The notes under the pieces are model-generated. The model ran no database searches. It saw nothing but the letters and a program-made list of their open reading frames with translations, and had not been told where the DNA came from. From Macrostomum lignano (taxonomy: Eukaryota): a stretch of 48,320 bases of DNA. Shown piece by piece: positions 12,222-23,300 of this stretch. Positions within the stretch are counted from its first letter, which is position 1; each line of letters opens with the position of its first letter. The DNA lies in NCBI GenBank assembly GCA_002269645.1, contig NIVC01004369.1, forward strand, positions 1 through 48,320. The letters run 5' to 3'. Both the position numbers and the translations under genes were made by a program.

Positions 12222-13414
12222 TTAATACTAAAGTTGGTGCGTTGTTTGTCTGTTTGTGTGATACACATCTCCTCCTAGACGACTTGCAAGTCAGCGTTGA
12301 AACTTATATGGGAAAACTGCAAATTTTCCGAGGATGGCAGTGGGCTATTTCAATTTTTTATTTTCAAATTTTAAGATCCCTAAAAAAGCAGAAATCGTAG
12401 AACAATAGGGGAATATGAACATCTTGCGTAATTTGCAATGATTGCGCCACAAAAGCCGGCCTATCTGTGCAGTGTATTCTTTCAACTGAAGGGGTGTAAG
12501 CTGGGCCGGTTGACATCAATTTTTAGCGATTGCGCCACAACTGTGTGCACTGAGAACTGCTGGGGCGGCAGTGGAATTCAATGAATAAACTTGCAAGCCT
12601 TTTCAGCAGGCAGTGCACGTATGCGTACACTCGATAGTTCAATGCTTTAAATTGGGATATTTCAAACGCCAACTGTTCCTCGAGTTTTGAACTCTGAGAG
12701 AAGAGACTTATATTGCTGGAAAGATCTTTCAATGCTGACTTCGAGGATATAAGTTGTTTGCTTTAAATATGAAAGCAAAAAGCAAAGCAAAAGCAAAGAC
12801 GATATTTCAATACTTTTAACTCTCTGCAAAGATTGTACTCATTTTACGGGTTCAATGGGGGTTCGACCGACACCCCAACAGTTAGGGGGGGGGGGTTGAA
12901 TTTCTAACCTTCACTGCGTATTGGAAGGGGTCGGTCGCTGTGTATTGGAGGGTTGATTTAGATTGCGCAATTTTTTTTCCTAATTTTACCGAGACTGATA
13001 CTGAATGACTATGAAATTGGTTGCGCATTCAACTGATTCAATTGGTTCAATTTTTTTATCGGCGCCTTTCAACACGCTGCTGTGTGTAGCTCTAACCCTA
13101 ACCCTAACCCTAACCCTAACCATTGAATCCTAGGAGTTTATTCCCTTTGACGGAGAAAATTTCGATTGAGTCCAGTTTCACGGAGAGAATTTCAATGGTT
13201 TTCAGTTTCTTGGAGATGATTTCTGTCTTGCGGAGAGGATTTCGATGGTTTTCAGTTTCACGGAGAGGATTTCTGTTTCGTGGAGAGAATTTTGATGGTG
13301 TTCAGTTTTGCGGCGAGGAGTTGGATGATGGGATTCAGTTAGTGGATTTCAGGGAATGGAATTCCGGTGATGGGAGTTCTTCCCCTTTCTCCTCCAGCGG
13401 AGGAGTTGGCCTCG
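12222..13414 (+). mobile_element. Non-autonomous Helitron-like unit 7 (short form)
   Basis: 5' TTAATACTAAAG. 3' hairpin CTCCTCC-AGC-GGAGGAG + CTCG (13411-13414). Confidence 0.75.
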
Positions 13415-13800
13415 TAATATATCTAAAGTAGCAACCCCCCCTCCACCGGCCCTGTCTGTCTGTGGGTATGTAACAGGTTATCTCCCAAAAGGCTCAACCG
13501 ATTTTCTCCGTTTCTTCGCCAAAAGATGTCAAATGTGCCCGGGACGGTACATGTAATTTTATTAAGCTCTAGCTCAATGCTAAGGGGATTAAATATTCGA
13601 AAAACTGTTTTAAATGGCCTTTTTAGTGTATTTTTTTATCAGCCTGCGCGCAGCGAGAAACTTCACAGCCAATTTTAATGATTGCGCCAGAGCCAACTGA
13701 TAAGAAAATTCACTTTGCCCCACTGCCCAGATAATTACTCTATTTAACTTGCGTAACCAATTAAGGGGGGGGGGTATAATAAAAATTCTGGATGCTTCCA
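13415..13800 (+). mobile_element. 3'-truncated Helitron-like unit 8
   Basis: 5' TAATATATCTAAAG. Shares GGCTCAACCGATTTTCT...GGGACGGTACATG...GCTCAATGCTAA with the element starting at 13801. No 3' hairpin is seen. Confidence 0.55.
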
Positions 13801-14288
13801 TCCTATATACTAAAAATGAGTTGTCTGTATGTATGTATGTGGGTAGGTATGCGATAGATTTCAGAAAAATTGGCTCAACCGATTTTCTTCAAACTTGCAC
13901 CATTCGATCAGAAATTTTCCTGGGACGGTACATGCATCTTGGCTAAGAAATTGCTCAATGCTAAAGGGATTAAATATTCAAAAAACAAGCTTTTTTGCAA
14001 AGGTCAAGCAAAATTTTCGACTTGAAATGCATTGTAAGAATGCTAGAGAAAAAACTGACTGGCTGAATTTCAATTCTGATAAAGATTGCATCACAACAAG
14101 GTGAAAATAGTGCCACAGAAACGCACACAAGACTTGATTGAAATTGCGTAACCATATTGCTTACTTAAATTAAGACTGATACTGGCTCACTTAGAAATTG
14201 ATTCTGTCATAAATTTTTACTCTAACCGACTTGCTATAAGTATTGAATTATAAGGGGCCACAGTTCATGTGCTCCAATTGAAAAAAGA

Positions 14289-14366
14289 TAGCCTAGATGC
14301 GAACAGACTGGACTGCTAATGTAGCGACCTGGGTTCGAATCTTGGTAGCGCAAAATGATTTTTTTT
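14289..14366 (+). other. tRNA-derived Pol III promoter cassette (A box, GCT anticodon-like loop, B box, T-run) in Helitron A; second copy 16718-16791 in Helitron B
   Basis: TAGCCTAGATG (A box), CTGCTAA loop, GGTTCGAATC (B box 14332-14341), then TTTTTTT. Stems are imperfect, so this is not a functional tRNA. Confidence 0.6.
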
Positions 14367-14414
14367 ATTAAAACACCTTAAAAACAAAAAACTGCTAAAC
14401 ATAAAGGAAGCGCA

Positions 14415-15060
14415 ATGTCAAACATACAAGAGCCACCATGTCAAACATTAAAGACCCACCATGTCGAAACATTGAAGAGCCACCATGTCTAACATTAAAG
14501 AGCCACCATGGCAAACATATACATGACTCTATGTCGAACATTTAAGAGCCACCATGTCAAGCATATACATGACTCCATGTCAAACATTAAAGAGCCACCA
14601 TGTCGAACATTTAAGAGCCACCATGTCAAACATATACATGACTCCATGTTGAACATTCAAGAGCTACCATGTCAAACATATGCATGACTCCATGTCGAAC
14701 ATTAAAGAGCCACCATGTCAAACATAAAAGAGCCACCATGTCAAACATTAAAGAGCCACCGTTTCAAACCTAAAAGAGCCACCATGTCGAACATTAAAAA
14801 GCCACCATGTCAAACATAAAACAGCCACCATTCGAAAATTAAAGAGCTACCATGTCAAAAATTAAAAAGCTACTATGTCGAACATTAAAGAGCCACCATG
14901 TCGAACATAAAAGAGCCACCATATCAAACATAAAAGAGTTACCATGTCAAACATTAAAGAGCCACTACGTCAAACATAAAGAGCCACCATGTCAAACATT
15001 CAAGATATACAATTTCAAATGTAAAGGTATAAAGCGCCATGCCAATTTAAAGGAGCTACT
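14415..15060. repeat. ~21-23-bp minisatellite (ATGTCGAACATTAAAGAGCCACC) in Helitron A
   Basis: Direct tandem copies with variants. Confidence 0.9.
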
Positions 15061-15104
15061 ATAAAGCTAAGAAAATTGTCGCACTAGCTACTTATTGTCT
15101 GGTG

Positions 15105-15660
15105 GATGCTTGCTATTTGGGGATGCTATCTATCTGGGGGATGCTTGCTATCTGGAGGATGCTTGCAATCTGGGGGATGCTTGCTATCTGGGGGATGCTT
15201 GCAATCTGGAGGATGCTTGCTATCTGGGGGATGCTTGCTATCTGGAGGATGCTTGCTATCTGGGGGATGTTTGCTATCTGGGGGATGTTTGCTATCTGGG
15301 GGATGCTTGCTATCTGGAGGATGCTTGCTATCTGGAGGATGCTTGCTATCTGGGGGATGCTTGCTATCTGGAGGATGCTTGCTATCTGGGGGATGTTTGC
15401 TATCTGGGGGATGCTTGCTATCTGGAGGATGCTTGCTATTTGAGGGATTCTTGCTATCTGGGGAATGCTTGCTATCTGGGGGAATGCTTGCTATCTGGAG
15501 GATGCTTGCTATCTGGGGGATGTTTGCTATCTGGGGGATGCTTGCTATCTGGAGGATGCTTGCTATTTGAGGGATGCTTGCTATCTGGGGAATGCTTGCT
15601 ATCTGGGGGAATGCTTGCTATCTGGAGGATGCTTGCTATCTGGGGGATGCTTGTGGTCTT
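15105..15660. repeat. 21-bp minisatellite (GGGGGATGCTTGCTATCTG-like) in Helitron A
   Basis: About 25 tandem copies. Source of the DACYLG/MLAIWG ORFs. Confidence 0.95.
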
Positions 15661-17809
15661 GGGATGATTTCTTATTGCAATTCACTTCATTTGAGCAGTT
15701 TGTCTGTTGTCTTTGTGAAGGATTTTTTGGCTGTCTTTTTGTTACTTGTAGAGAACAGAGATTCTATCCAGATGTCCCCCATCGGGGGGCGAAGATTGCT
15801 AGTCCAATATACTAAAAATCAAAACTATGTACCTATAGGAACCTTCGCTTAACTTCACTCTACATGGTCGGAATTTCGTGGGGTTTTCTGCATTCGATGC
15901 GTATTGATGGTGCGCTGGTACACAAAATTTTGCTAAGAAATTGCTTTATTTTTTCGGGCTTAAATATTCGAAAAACTCGATTTTTACCCCGTTTTTTAAA
16001 GTTCAAACAGTTCTTTCCGATTGAGAAGCAGTCTGACTGCCGATGGAATTGTATTGCATCATAACTCAGTGCCAACTATAGCATTAGTTCTCTACACTCG
16101 CGTGGAGAGCTACAAGCGTTGAAAGGTTGCGCAACACATTTTAGATACTGAAATTGAGGGGCGGGTGTCGCTATTCAATTAGTCCTGGGCATTGGCTTGG
16201 TTGTTAATTTTAATGGATCAACTTGCAGGCCTCTCACTGTAACTGGCGCTGAATGTACACCTTTATGAATTTGAATGCTTTAAAGCAGGAATGTTCAATT
16301 GTTATTTTTGCTTCGAGTTTTTCACTTTCAGAAGAGAGCCTTGTATTGCTGGAAAGAGCTAGAAACGCTGAGTTCGGGAATATAATTTGTTTGCTGAGAT
16401 TCGAAAAATGAAAAGCACAGCATTAAAAAGAAGATTTCTATGCATTTTACTATATATACTCATTGTACACTCTCCCATAACGCAAACCCCTACTTTATCG
16501 CAACTCCACAATTCAAACCAGCGCCATTGGATTTCAATTTAGATTGCGTAACCATATTGTTGACTTTAATTGTTGACTTTAATAATTGAAACTGATATTG
16601 ACTGCCTGAGAAATTGATTATGTCATAACTTGCTTCGAGCGATTTCTACTCTATGCTTGGAGTTTTCAGTGTTGAAATATATAAGTGCTAAAATTCATAG
16701 TGCTAAATTCAGAGAGCTAGCCTAGAAGTGAACAGACTGAACTGCTAATGCAGCGACGTGGGTTCGAATTTTTAGAGTGTAAAAGTTTTTTCTTAAAAAT
16801 TTTAATTTCAAGACAGTTGAAGGAAACTTTAAAAAACGTCAAATAAATCAGATAAAAGAGAAGAAGCTACGAGCGTTCATGTAGTGTATTCGAAAATTCT
16901 TATTAAACTTTAACTTTTGAAAAGGATTATTGCACTAGATAAGAAATTAATTATTGTACGAGTACTAGCTGAGGAAATTTTCTTACTATCTTGCTTGGGG
17001 TACTTTATATCAGGGGATGCTTGCTATCGGAAGGACGCTTGCTCTTAGGGATGCTTGCTCAGGGGAGATTGCTGAGATGCCAAGACTTACTGGGGAATTA
17101 TTCAAATATGCAGGCTTACTGGGGGAATTACTGAGATGTCAAAGGCTTAAAACGGACTTGCTGAGATGCCAAGGCTTAAGAGGAAATTGCTGAGATTTCA
17201 AGGCGTGGGGGAATCTCTGAGATGTCAAGGCTTTGGACGCCTTGATAGCTAAGATTTCAAGACTTACCGGGGGGAATAACTGAGATATAAAGGCTTACGC
17301 AGGGAATTACTGAGATGTGAAGGCTTGGGGAGGTATCGCTGAGATAGCAAGGCTTTGGATGGGGAGAAATTGCTAAGATGTCAAAACTTACTGGAGGAAT
17401 CACCGAGATATAAAGGCTTACTTGGAGGACTGCTGAGATGTCAAGGCTTGGGGAAAATTTATGAGACGTCAAGTCTTGGGGGGTTCCTGAAATTTCAAGT
17501 CTTGAGAGCGAATTGCTGAGATAACAAAGCTTAAGAGAGAATTACTGAGGTGTCAAGCTTGGGGGAAATTGTTGAGATGTCAATTCTTGGGGGGGATTCT
17601 ATGGATTGGAGATTCTTTCCACAAGGGCTGCTTCTAATGGATATCTTTAGATAGGTGATTCATTGGGAAATTCCTTCGATGGGGGATTCTTTCGATGGAG
17701 GGTCCTTTGAATGGGGGGTTCTTTAGATGAATGATTCATTCGATAAAGGGATCCTTTTGGATATGGCATTGTTTGGACGGGGATTCTTTAGATGAGTCTT
17801 CGGATCAGC

Positions 17810-18420
17810 AGGGGTAAACTGCTGAGATGTCAAGTCTAAGGGGTAAACTGCTGAGATGTCAAGTCTTAGGGGTAAACTGCTGAGATGTCAAGTCTTAGGG
17901 GTAAACTGCTGAGATGTCAAGTCTTAGGGGTAAACTGCTGAGATGTCAAGTCTTAGGGGTAAACTGCTGAGATGTCAAGTCTAAGGGGTAAATTGCTGAG
18001 ATGTCAAGTCTAAGGGGTAAACTGCTGAGATGTCAAGTCTTAGGGGTAAACTGCTGAGATGTCAAGTCTAAGGGGTAAACTGCTGAGATGTCAAGTCTTA
18101 GGGGTAAACTGCTGAGATGTCAAGTCTTAGGGGTAAACTGCTGAGATGTCAAGTCTTAGGGGTAAACTGCTGAGATGTCAAGTCTAAGGGGTAAACTGCT
18201 GAGATGTCAAGTCTAAGGGGTAAACTGCTGAGATGTCAAGTCTTAGGGGTAAACTGCTGAGATGTCAAGTCTTAGGGGTAAACTGCTGAGATGTCAAGTC
18301 TTAGGGGTAAACTGCTGAGATGTCAAGTCTTAGGGGTAAACTGCTGAGATGTCAAGTCTTAGGGGTAAACTGCTGAGATGTCAAGTCTTAGGGGTAAATT
18401 GCTGAGATGTCTAATCTTGT
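17810..18420. repeat. Homogeneous 28/29-bp minisatellite (GGGGTAAACTGCTGAGATGTCAAGTCTTA) in Helitron B
   Basis: About 21 near-identical copies, flanked by degenerate relatives (17050-17600, 18430-18920). Confidence 0.95.
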
Positions 18421-18919
18421 CGCCGTCGGGGAATTGCTGAGATGCCAAGGCTTAAGAGGGACTTGCTCAGATGTCAAAGCTTGTGGGGAATCAAGGCTCA
18501 GAGGGAGTTCCTGAGATGTCAAGTCTTGGGAAGGAGAATTACTCAGATGTCAAGGCTTGGGGAATTTCTGAGATGTCAAGGCTTGGGGGGATTGCTGAAA
18601 TGTGAAGGCTTAAGAAGGAATTGCTGAGGTGTCAAGACTTTGGGAGGGAAATCGCTGAGATGCCAATGCTTTGGACGGGGAGAAATTGCTAAGATGTCAA
18701 GACTTACTGGAGGAATTACTGAGATATGAAGGCTTACTGGGGAATTACTGATATGTCAAGGCTTGGGGAGGGGAATTACTGAGAAGTCAAGGCTTTGGAC
18801 GGGGAGAAATTGGTAAGATGTCAAGGCTTGCGCCGGAATTGCTGAGATGTCAATGCTTGGGGAAATTTCTGAGGTGTCGAGGCTTGGGGGAACGGCTGAG
18901 ATGTTAAGCCTTGGGGGAA

Positions 18920-19900
18920 ATTCTATGGATTGATGATTCTTTGGATGAGGGATGCTTTTAATGTATATCTTTGATTCATTGAGGAATTCCTTCGATGGGG
19001 CATTGTTTCGATGGAGGATTTTTTGAATCGGGGGATTCTTTAGATAAAGGATTCTTTTGATGGGGGATATTTGGACGGGGGTTTTTTAGATGAGGGGATT
19101 CTTTGGCCAATAATTCTATTGATAGGGGAATTATTTGGATGGGAGATTCTTTGGATTCTTTGTATGGGGATTATTTGGACGGGGTTCTTTAGATGAGGAA
19201 ATTCTTTGGCCAAGAATTCTATTGATAGGAGGATTATTTGGATGGGAGATTCTTTGGATTCTTTGGATGGGGATTTTGTGGATGGGGATTATGATATGAA
19301 TTCTTTGGGTGGATTCTTTGGATATGGATGGATGGAGGATTCTTTGGATGGGAATTCTGTGGATGAGGATTTATTGAGTAGGGGATTCATTGGATGGGGA
19401 ATTCTTCAGATGGGAGGATTCCTTGAAAGGGGAATTCTTCGGATCGGTGATTCAATCGATGGGGGTTCTTTGGATAAAGGATTCTTTGCATGTGAGATTT
19501 TTTGCATCGGAGATTTTGTGGATGGGGAAAACTGTGATTGGAGTTTGGACGGAAAGCCCCAACGGACTTATTTCTGTAATAAGGGATTCATTGGACGGGG
19601 AATTCTTCAGATGGGAGGATTCATTCTTCGGATCGGGGATTCTATCAATGGGATGGGATGGGATGGGACGGGAAGGATTGGTATTCTTTGCATGTCAGAT
19701 TCTATGGATGGGCGACTCATTAAATAGGGAATTCTACAGATAGAGGATTCCTTGAATGGGGAATTCTTCGGATCGGGGATTCTGTCGATGGGGGGTTCTT
19801 TGTATGGGATTCTTTGGATGAGGGTTTTTTGCATGTGAGATTATTTGCATCAGGGACTTTATGGATTAGAGATTCTTTGGATGGGGGGTTGAGTTGGGTG
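18920..19900. repeat. Degenerate GGATTCTTTGGATGGGG-type repeat region in Helitron B
   Basis: Recurring ggattcttt/ggatggg motifs. Confidence 0.75.
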
Positions 19901-22009
19901 AATTTCTTTTGCGTGGGAAAACTTTGGTAGGAGTTCTGACGGAAAGCCCCAACGGGGGTTGGAATTGGCTAGTTCTCTTGCTAATTAGTGCAGCAAAAGA
20001 CAAGACAATTTGGACAAGTAGTGAGCAAAGGCGGCGCCATGTAATTTAAGCTGTGTTGTGCCGCTGAGGGCAGGCCATAGCGTTTCGCCATAGTCATGGG
20101 CAAATAATATGACTTTGCTTGATAAGAAAAGCTATTAAAAATAAAAAATATTTAATATTTTTACACCTAATAATATTAATAATAATATAATTTAATTAAT
20201 TGTTCTAGTGATAGTTTAAATTAAAGTCAGTATTTCTCATCACCGATATTTTTTACTTTGTGATAGAATCTCTTTGGACTTTAGTATTGTTTGATTGAAT
20301 ATGAACAATTATTTTAATATTTACTATTTGACCAATTTTGGCTTTCATTAAATGTCATAAGGGCCTAATTAGGCCTAGGCCTTATTCCTAATTTATTAAT
20401 TAGGCCTAGCTTTTTTTCTAGTTTTACTTTTAGCCTAAGCTAGGCCCTATATGGACCATTTTATTATATATTGGGCTTCTTTCCATTTCATTGTCTATTT
20501 CATCATAGTTAGTAAGTTAGGCCTAGGCCCAGGGAAATCTAAATCTTCAGCATAAATGTAGAAAAAATTAGCCTTAGAATAAATGCCTTATGTAACTTGT
20601 AAGAATAGATATAAAAATGGATTGGGATAAATGGCTAGCATAAAAATAATTACATATGTTTTTTCTTCTCACAGTGTTACAAGTTGGGCCCTACATATAA
20701 TAGGATCTATGACAATTGACCTGCCTCAGTTTGAGTGCCATAAATTTGACTGCTAGGCAATTCAAATGCCAACAAAATGACTAGACAAAATAACCTAGAA
20801 TATATTTAACTTAAGCTTTGACTAGGCCTAATATACAACAGGTTTTTGATACTATATGTATATGGCATTTTATGTACCACAGTCCCTGTTGTTTGATTTT
20901 TTATTTTTTATATGGAAAATACACATTATACACATGTACATGATATGTATAAGCATACACCTTAGTAGTCTGCACCCTCTGTTGAAAATTTTCTGGATCT
21001 GCAATTGCCAGAAAATATCAATAAGATTTAAATATAAGATTAATATGTCATAAGAAAAAGAAAGCTCTATAAGCAGAATTCATTAATACATAACTACATG
21101 TAATAGATCAGTTTGAGCAATGAACATTTACTTGATTATATATATACATATATATAGACATTATTGAAAGCCAAATGTAGCTTGCATTTTTGCTTATATA
21201 AATAGCATTGTTAGACTTGTATTAATATAATCATAAAATTGGATATATAATTTTAGGTAGCAACTACAGCTGTGGCAGAGCAGTGCAATGTTTTTACTCG
21301 TAGTATAAGCAAGAGTAAGTAGCAAAATAGCTAGGCATCAGAGCTTTTGTATAGGACTATCTAGCAAATAGCTACTATCTTTGTGGAAAGACTAACAAAG
21401 CACATAGTTGACTCTAAGTCTATCACAAAGAAGAGCAAAAGAGCCAGCATATCATCCTGAAAGACATTTAATCTAGTGCCAAATTCTTCTATAATGACAT
21501 TGCTTAATATGACAGGCCTTAAAGTTATAGTGGACGCCCTACCTTATACACCCACTAGGATAGCAAGTATATTAGCTATAGTGAGATACTCAAAAAAGCC
21601 ACACAATTTCAAGCCTAGATACTAGGTTAAATGCATTATGTAAGTTGAAAAACTTAGCATATGGAGTGCTAGCAGGTCTATTAAGCCTCAATGACAGCAG
21701 ATACTGGCAACTTGCCCAGGCCTAGGCTGAGTTCATTTTGGAGGCTTAGCAGAAGTAGGAATTGGATATTGCTTTCAGTTTTTTTGACATTATCCACCCT
21801 GGGCTGACCTAAAAAAATTAGACATCTAGCAGGCAGTTAAACATAATAGTTAAGCATCTTAATAGTCCAATGCTTTGAAGGAGTAAATAACTATGGTTTA
21901 AACTTTATTCCCATGTTTTAGCCTTTCTAATAATATTTTATTGTCTAATTACTCAGTCATTTAAGTGCCATTAAAGTACTTACATGGGGGATTGTAGCTG
22001 GTACAATAA

Positions 22010-22327
22010 GGGGCTATAGCCTAGTGCTTAAAATTTCAGATTCAAGACTTGAAGGTCTGGGTTTGATTCCCAATCCCACTGGAACAATTTGTGTCCTTTT
22101 AGCAAAACACGTAACTCTGCATTGCTTCAGTTCAGCCAGCTGTAAAATAGATGCCAACATTAGCTGGGGTAATTGAGGGTGTATGTGGTGACCCCCCAGT
22201 CCTTGGACTGAACAGCTGTATGCTATGCAGCCTTCAGATGCGCGGCGCAATAGCTGCTGCTGAGCTATCGGTTGCACATATGGTCTAATTGGGGCAGGTG
22301 TAATCAATTATTATTAATAATTAAAAG
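22010..22327 (+). mobile_element. tRNA-derived SINE with CORE-like central domain
   Basis: A box TAGCCTAGTGC (22017-22027) and B box GGTTTGATTCC (22060-22070). GTGTCCTTTTAGCAAAACACGTAACTCTGCATTGCTTCAGTTCAGCCAGCTGTAAAATAG resembles the MIR/CORE domain. AT-rich (ATT)n tail. Confidence 0.65.
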
Positions 22328-22488
22328 TTGGTTAGTACTTGATAGCTTGATAATAATTTCAGAGATAGGACTTAATTGCTTACTCTGCAAGAATCCTATG
22401 CATTAGTTCATTTTCAAACTTATTTTTTGGATAAGACAGTTTAAAGAGGACTAAATTCGTCTAGTGCAAAATAGCATTTCATTAACAG

Positions 22489-23248
22489 TTGGTATTCGCC
22501 CCACTTACCCAACTGTGCAGGCGACGCCAAGTTCCAGCAGTGGCTCCAGCGCATCAGGCGCTGTCAGCGTGAACTGGCTGAATTGCCTTGCATCAAAGAG
22601 AGTCATTCGGTCTGTATGCCTGGCACTGATGGCCCTCATGGGCCTGTGGCTGCTGCACAATTGGTTTAGTTCATCTCAATCTATGCTGGGCCCAGTCACA
22701 TGGACCAAGTACAAAGCCGATGCAGTGCCAGTTGCCATGGCGACAACAGCGGCGGCAAGGCCAACTAGGCCAACGAATACGACAGCCTCCGAGCTGGCGG
22801 ACCCGGCCTCTCTAGCCAGCCGGCTGGCCAAATCCAATTTGCCTGCGTGTCCCGAGGACCCGCCCGGCCTGTTGGGGAATAAAATCCCCGTGAAATCTGA
22901 CCCGAGTTTGGCTCCTACCTGGGCCGAACTGCAGTCTACCCTGTCCTACATCAGGCACGGCGGTTGCCAGCCGGAACACTGCGTTGCTAGGCAACGAGTT
23001 GCCATTATTGTGCCGTATAGGAATCGGGATCCGCACCTGCGACTGCTGATGTCGAGTCTGCATCCGCTGCTGCGCAGGCAACAGCTCGACTATCGAATAT
23101 TTGTCGTCGAACAGGCGGGCACCACGCGATTCAACCGCGGCCTGCTGTTCAATATTGGATTCGTTGAGTCGGCCAAGATATTCCCGGCCTACTGTTACAT
23201 ATTTCACGATGTGGACTTGCTGCCTGAGAATGATCACAATATGTATCG
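22489..23248 (+). CDS. B4GALT: GT7 beta-1,4-galactosyltransferase-family gene, coding exon (TM anchor, stem, N-terminal half of catalytic domain); upstream start exon not identified
   Basis: Acceptor ttaacAG|. Type II TM VCLALMALMGLWLL. Motifs RVAIIVPYRNR, EQAGTTRFNRGLLFNIGF, FHDVDLLPENDHNMY (DxD). Donor CG|GTTAGT, phase 2. Confidence 0.93.
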
Positions 23249-23300
23249 GTTAGTGCCAGCTGCTGCTTCATCTGATTTTCAATTGCATTCCATTCTGTCT

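Larger units (their letters stand above)
13801..15802 (+). mobile_element. Non-autonomous Helitron A
   Basis: A|TC 5' end (TCCTATATACTAAAAATG + (GTAT)n). 3' hairpin GTCCCCC-ATC-GGGGGGC (15774-15790) then CTAG (15799-15802). These are canonical Helitron termini. No Rep/helicase ORF. Confidence 0.85.
15803..19972 (+). mobile_element. Non-autonomous Helitron B, fused head-to-tail to Helitron A
   Basis: Starts TCCAATATACTAAAAA immediately after CTAG. 3' hairpin CCCC-AAC-GGGG (19947-19957) then CTAG|T (19969-19973). Contains the block conserved in units 1-7 (~16200-16620). Confidence 0.8.

Noticed and set aside
603-13121. True telomere or chromosome end
   Set aside because: The tracts are only 2-5 units long and internal to repeated elements.
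15095-15852. Cys-rich repeat ORFs (DACYLG, MLAIWG, GGCLLS)
   Set aside because: All three frames are open because a stop-free 21-bp minisatellite is being translated.
1-19972. Autonomous Helitron (Rep/helicase) coding sequence
   Set aside because: No HUH or PIF1 motifs appear in any ORF.
20355-20535. Cluster of GGCCTAATTAGGCC / AGGCCTAGGCCT palindromes
   Set aside because: They are short and lie in AT-rich sequence with no element boundaries, so no function can be supported.
19973-22488. First (ATG-containing) exon of the B4GALT gene
   Set aside because: Candidate donors at ~20512 and ~21315 exist, but nearby ATGs hit stops quickly. No phase-1 coding exon could be supported.
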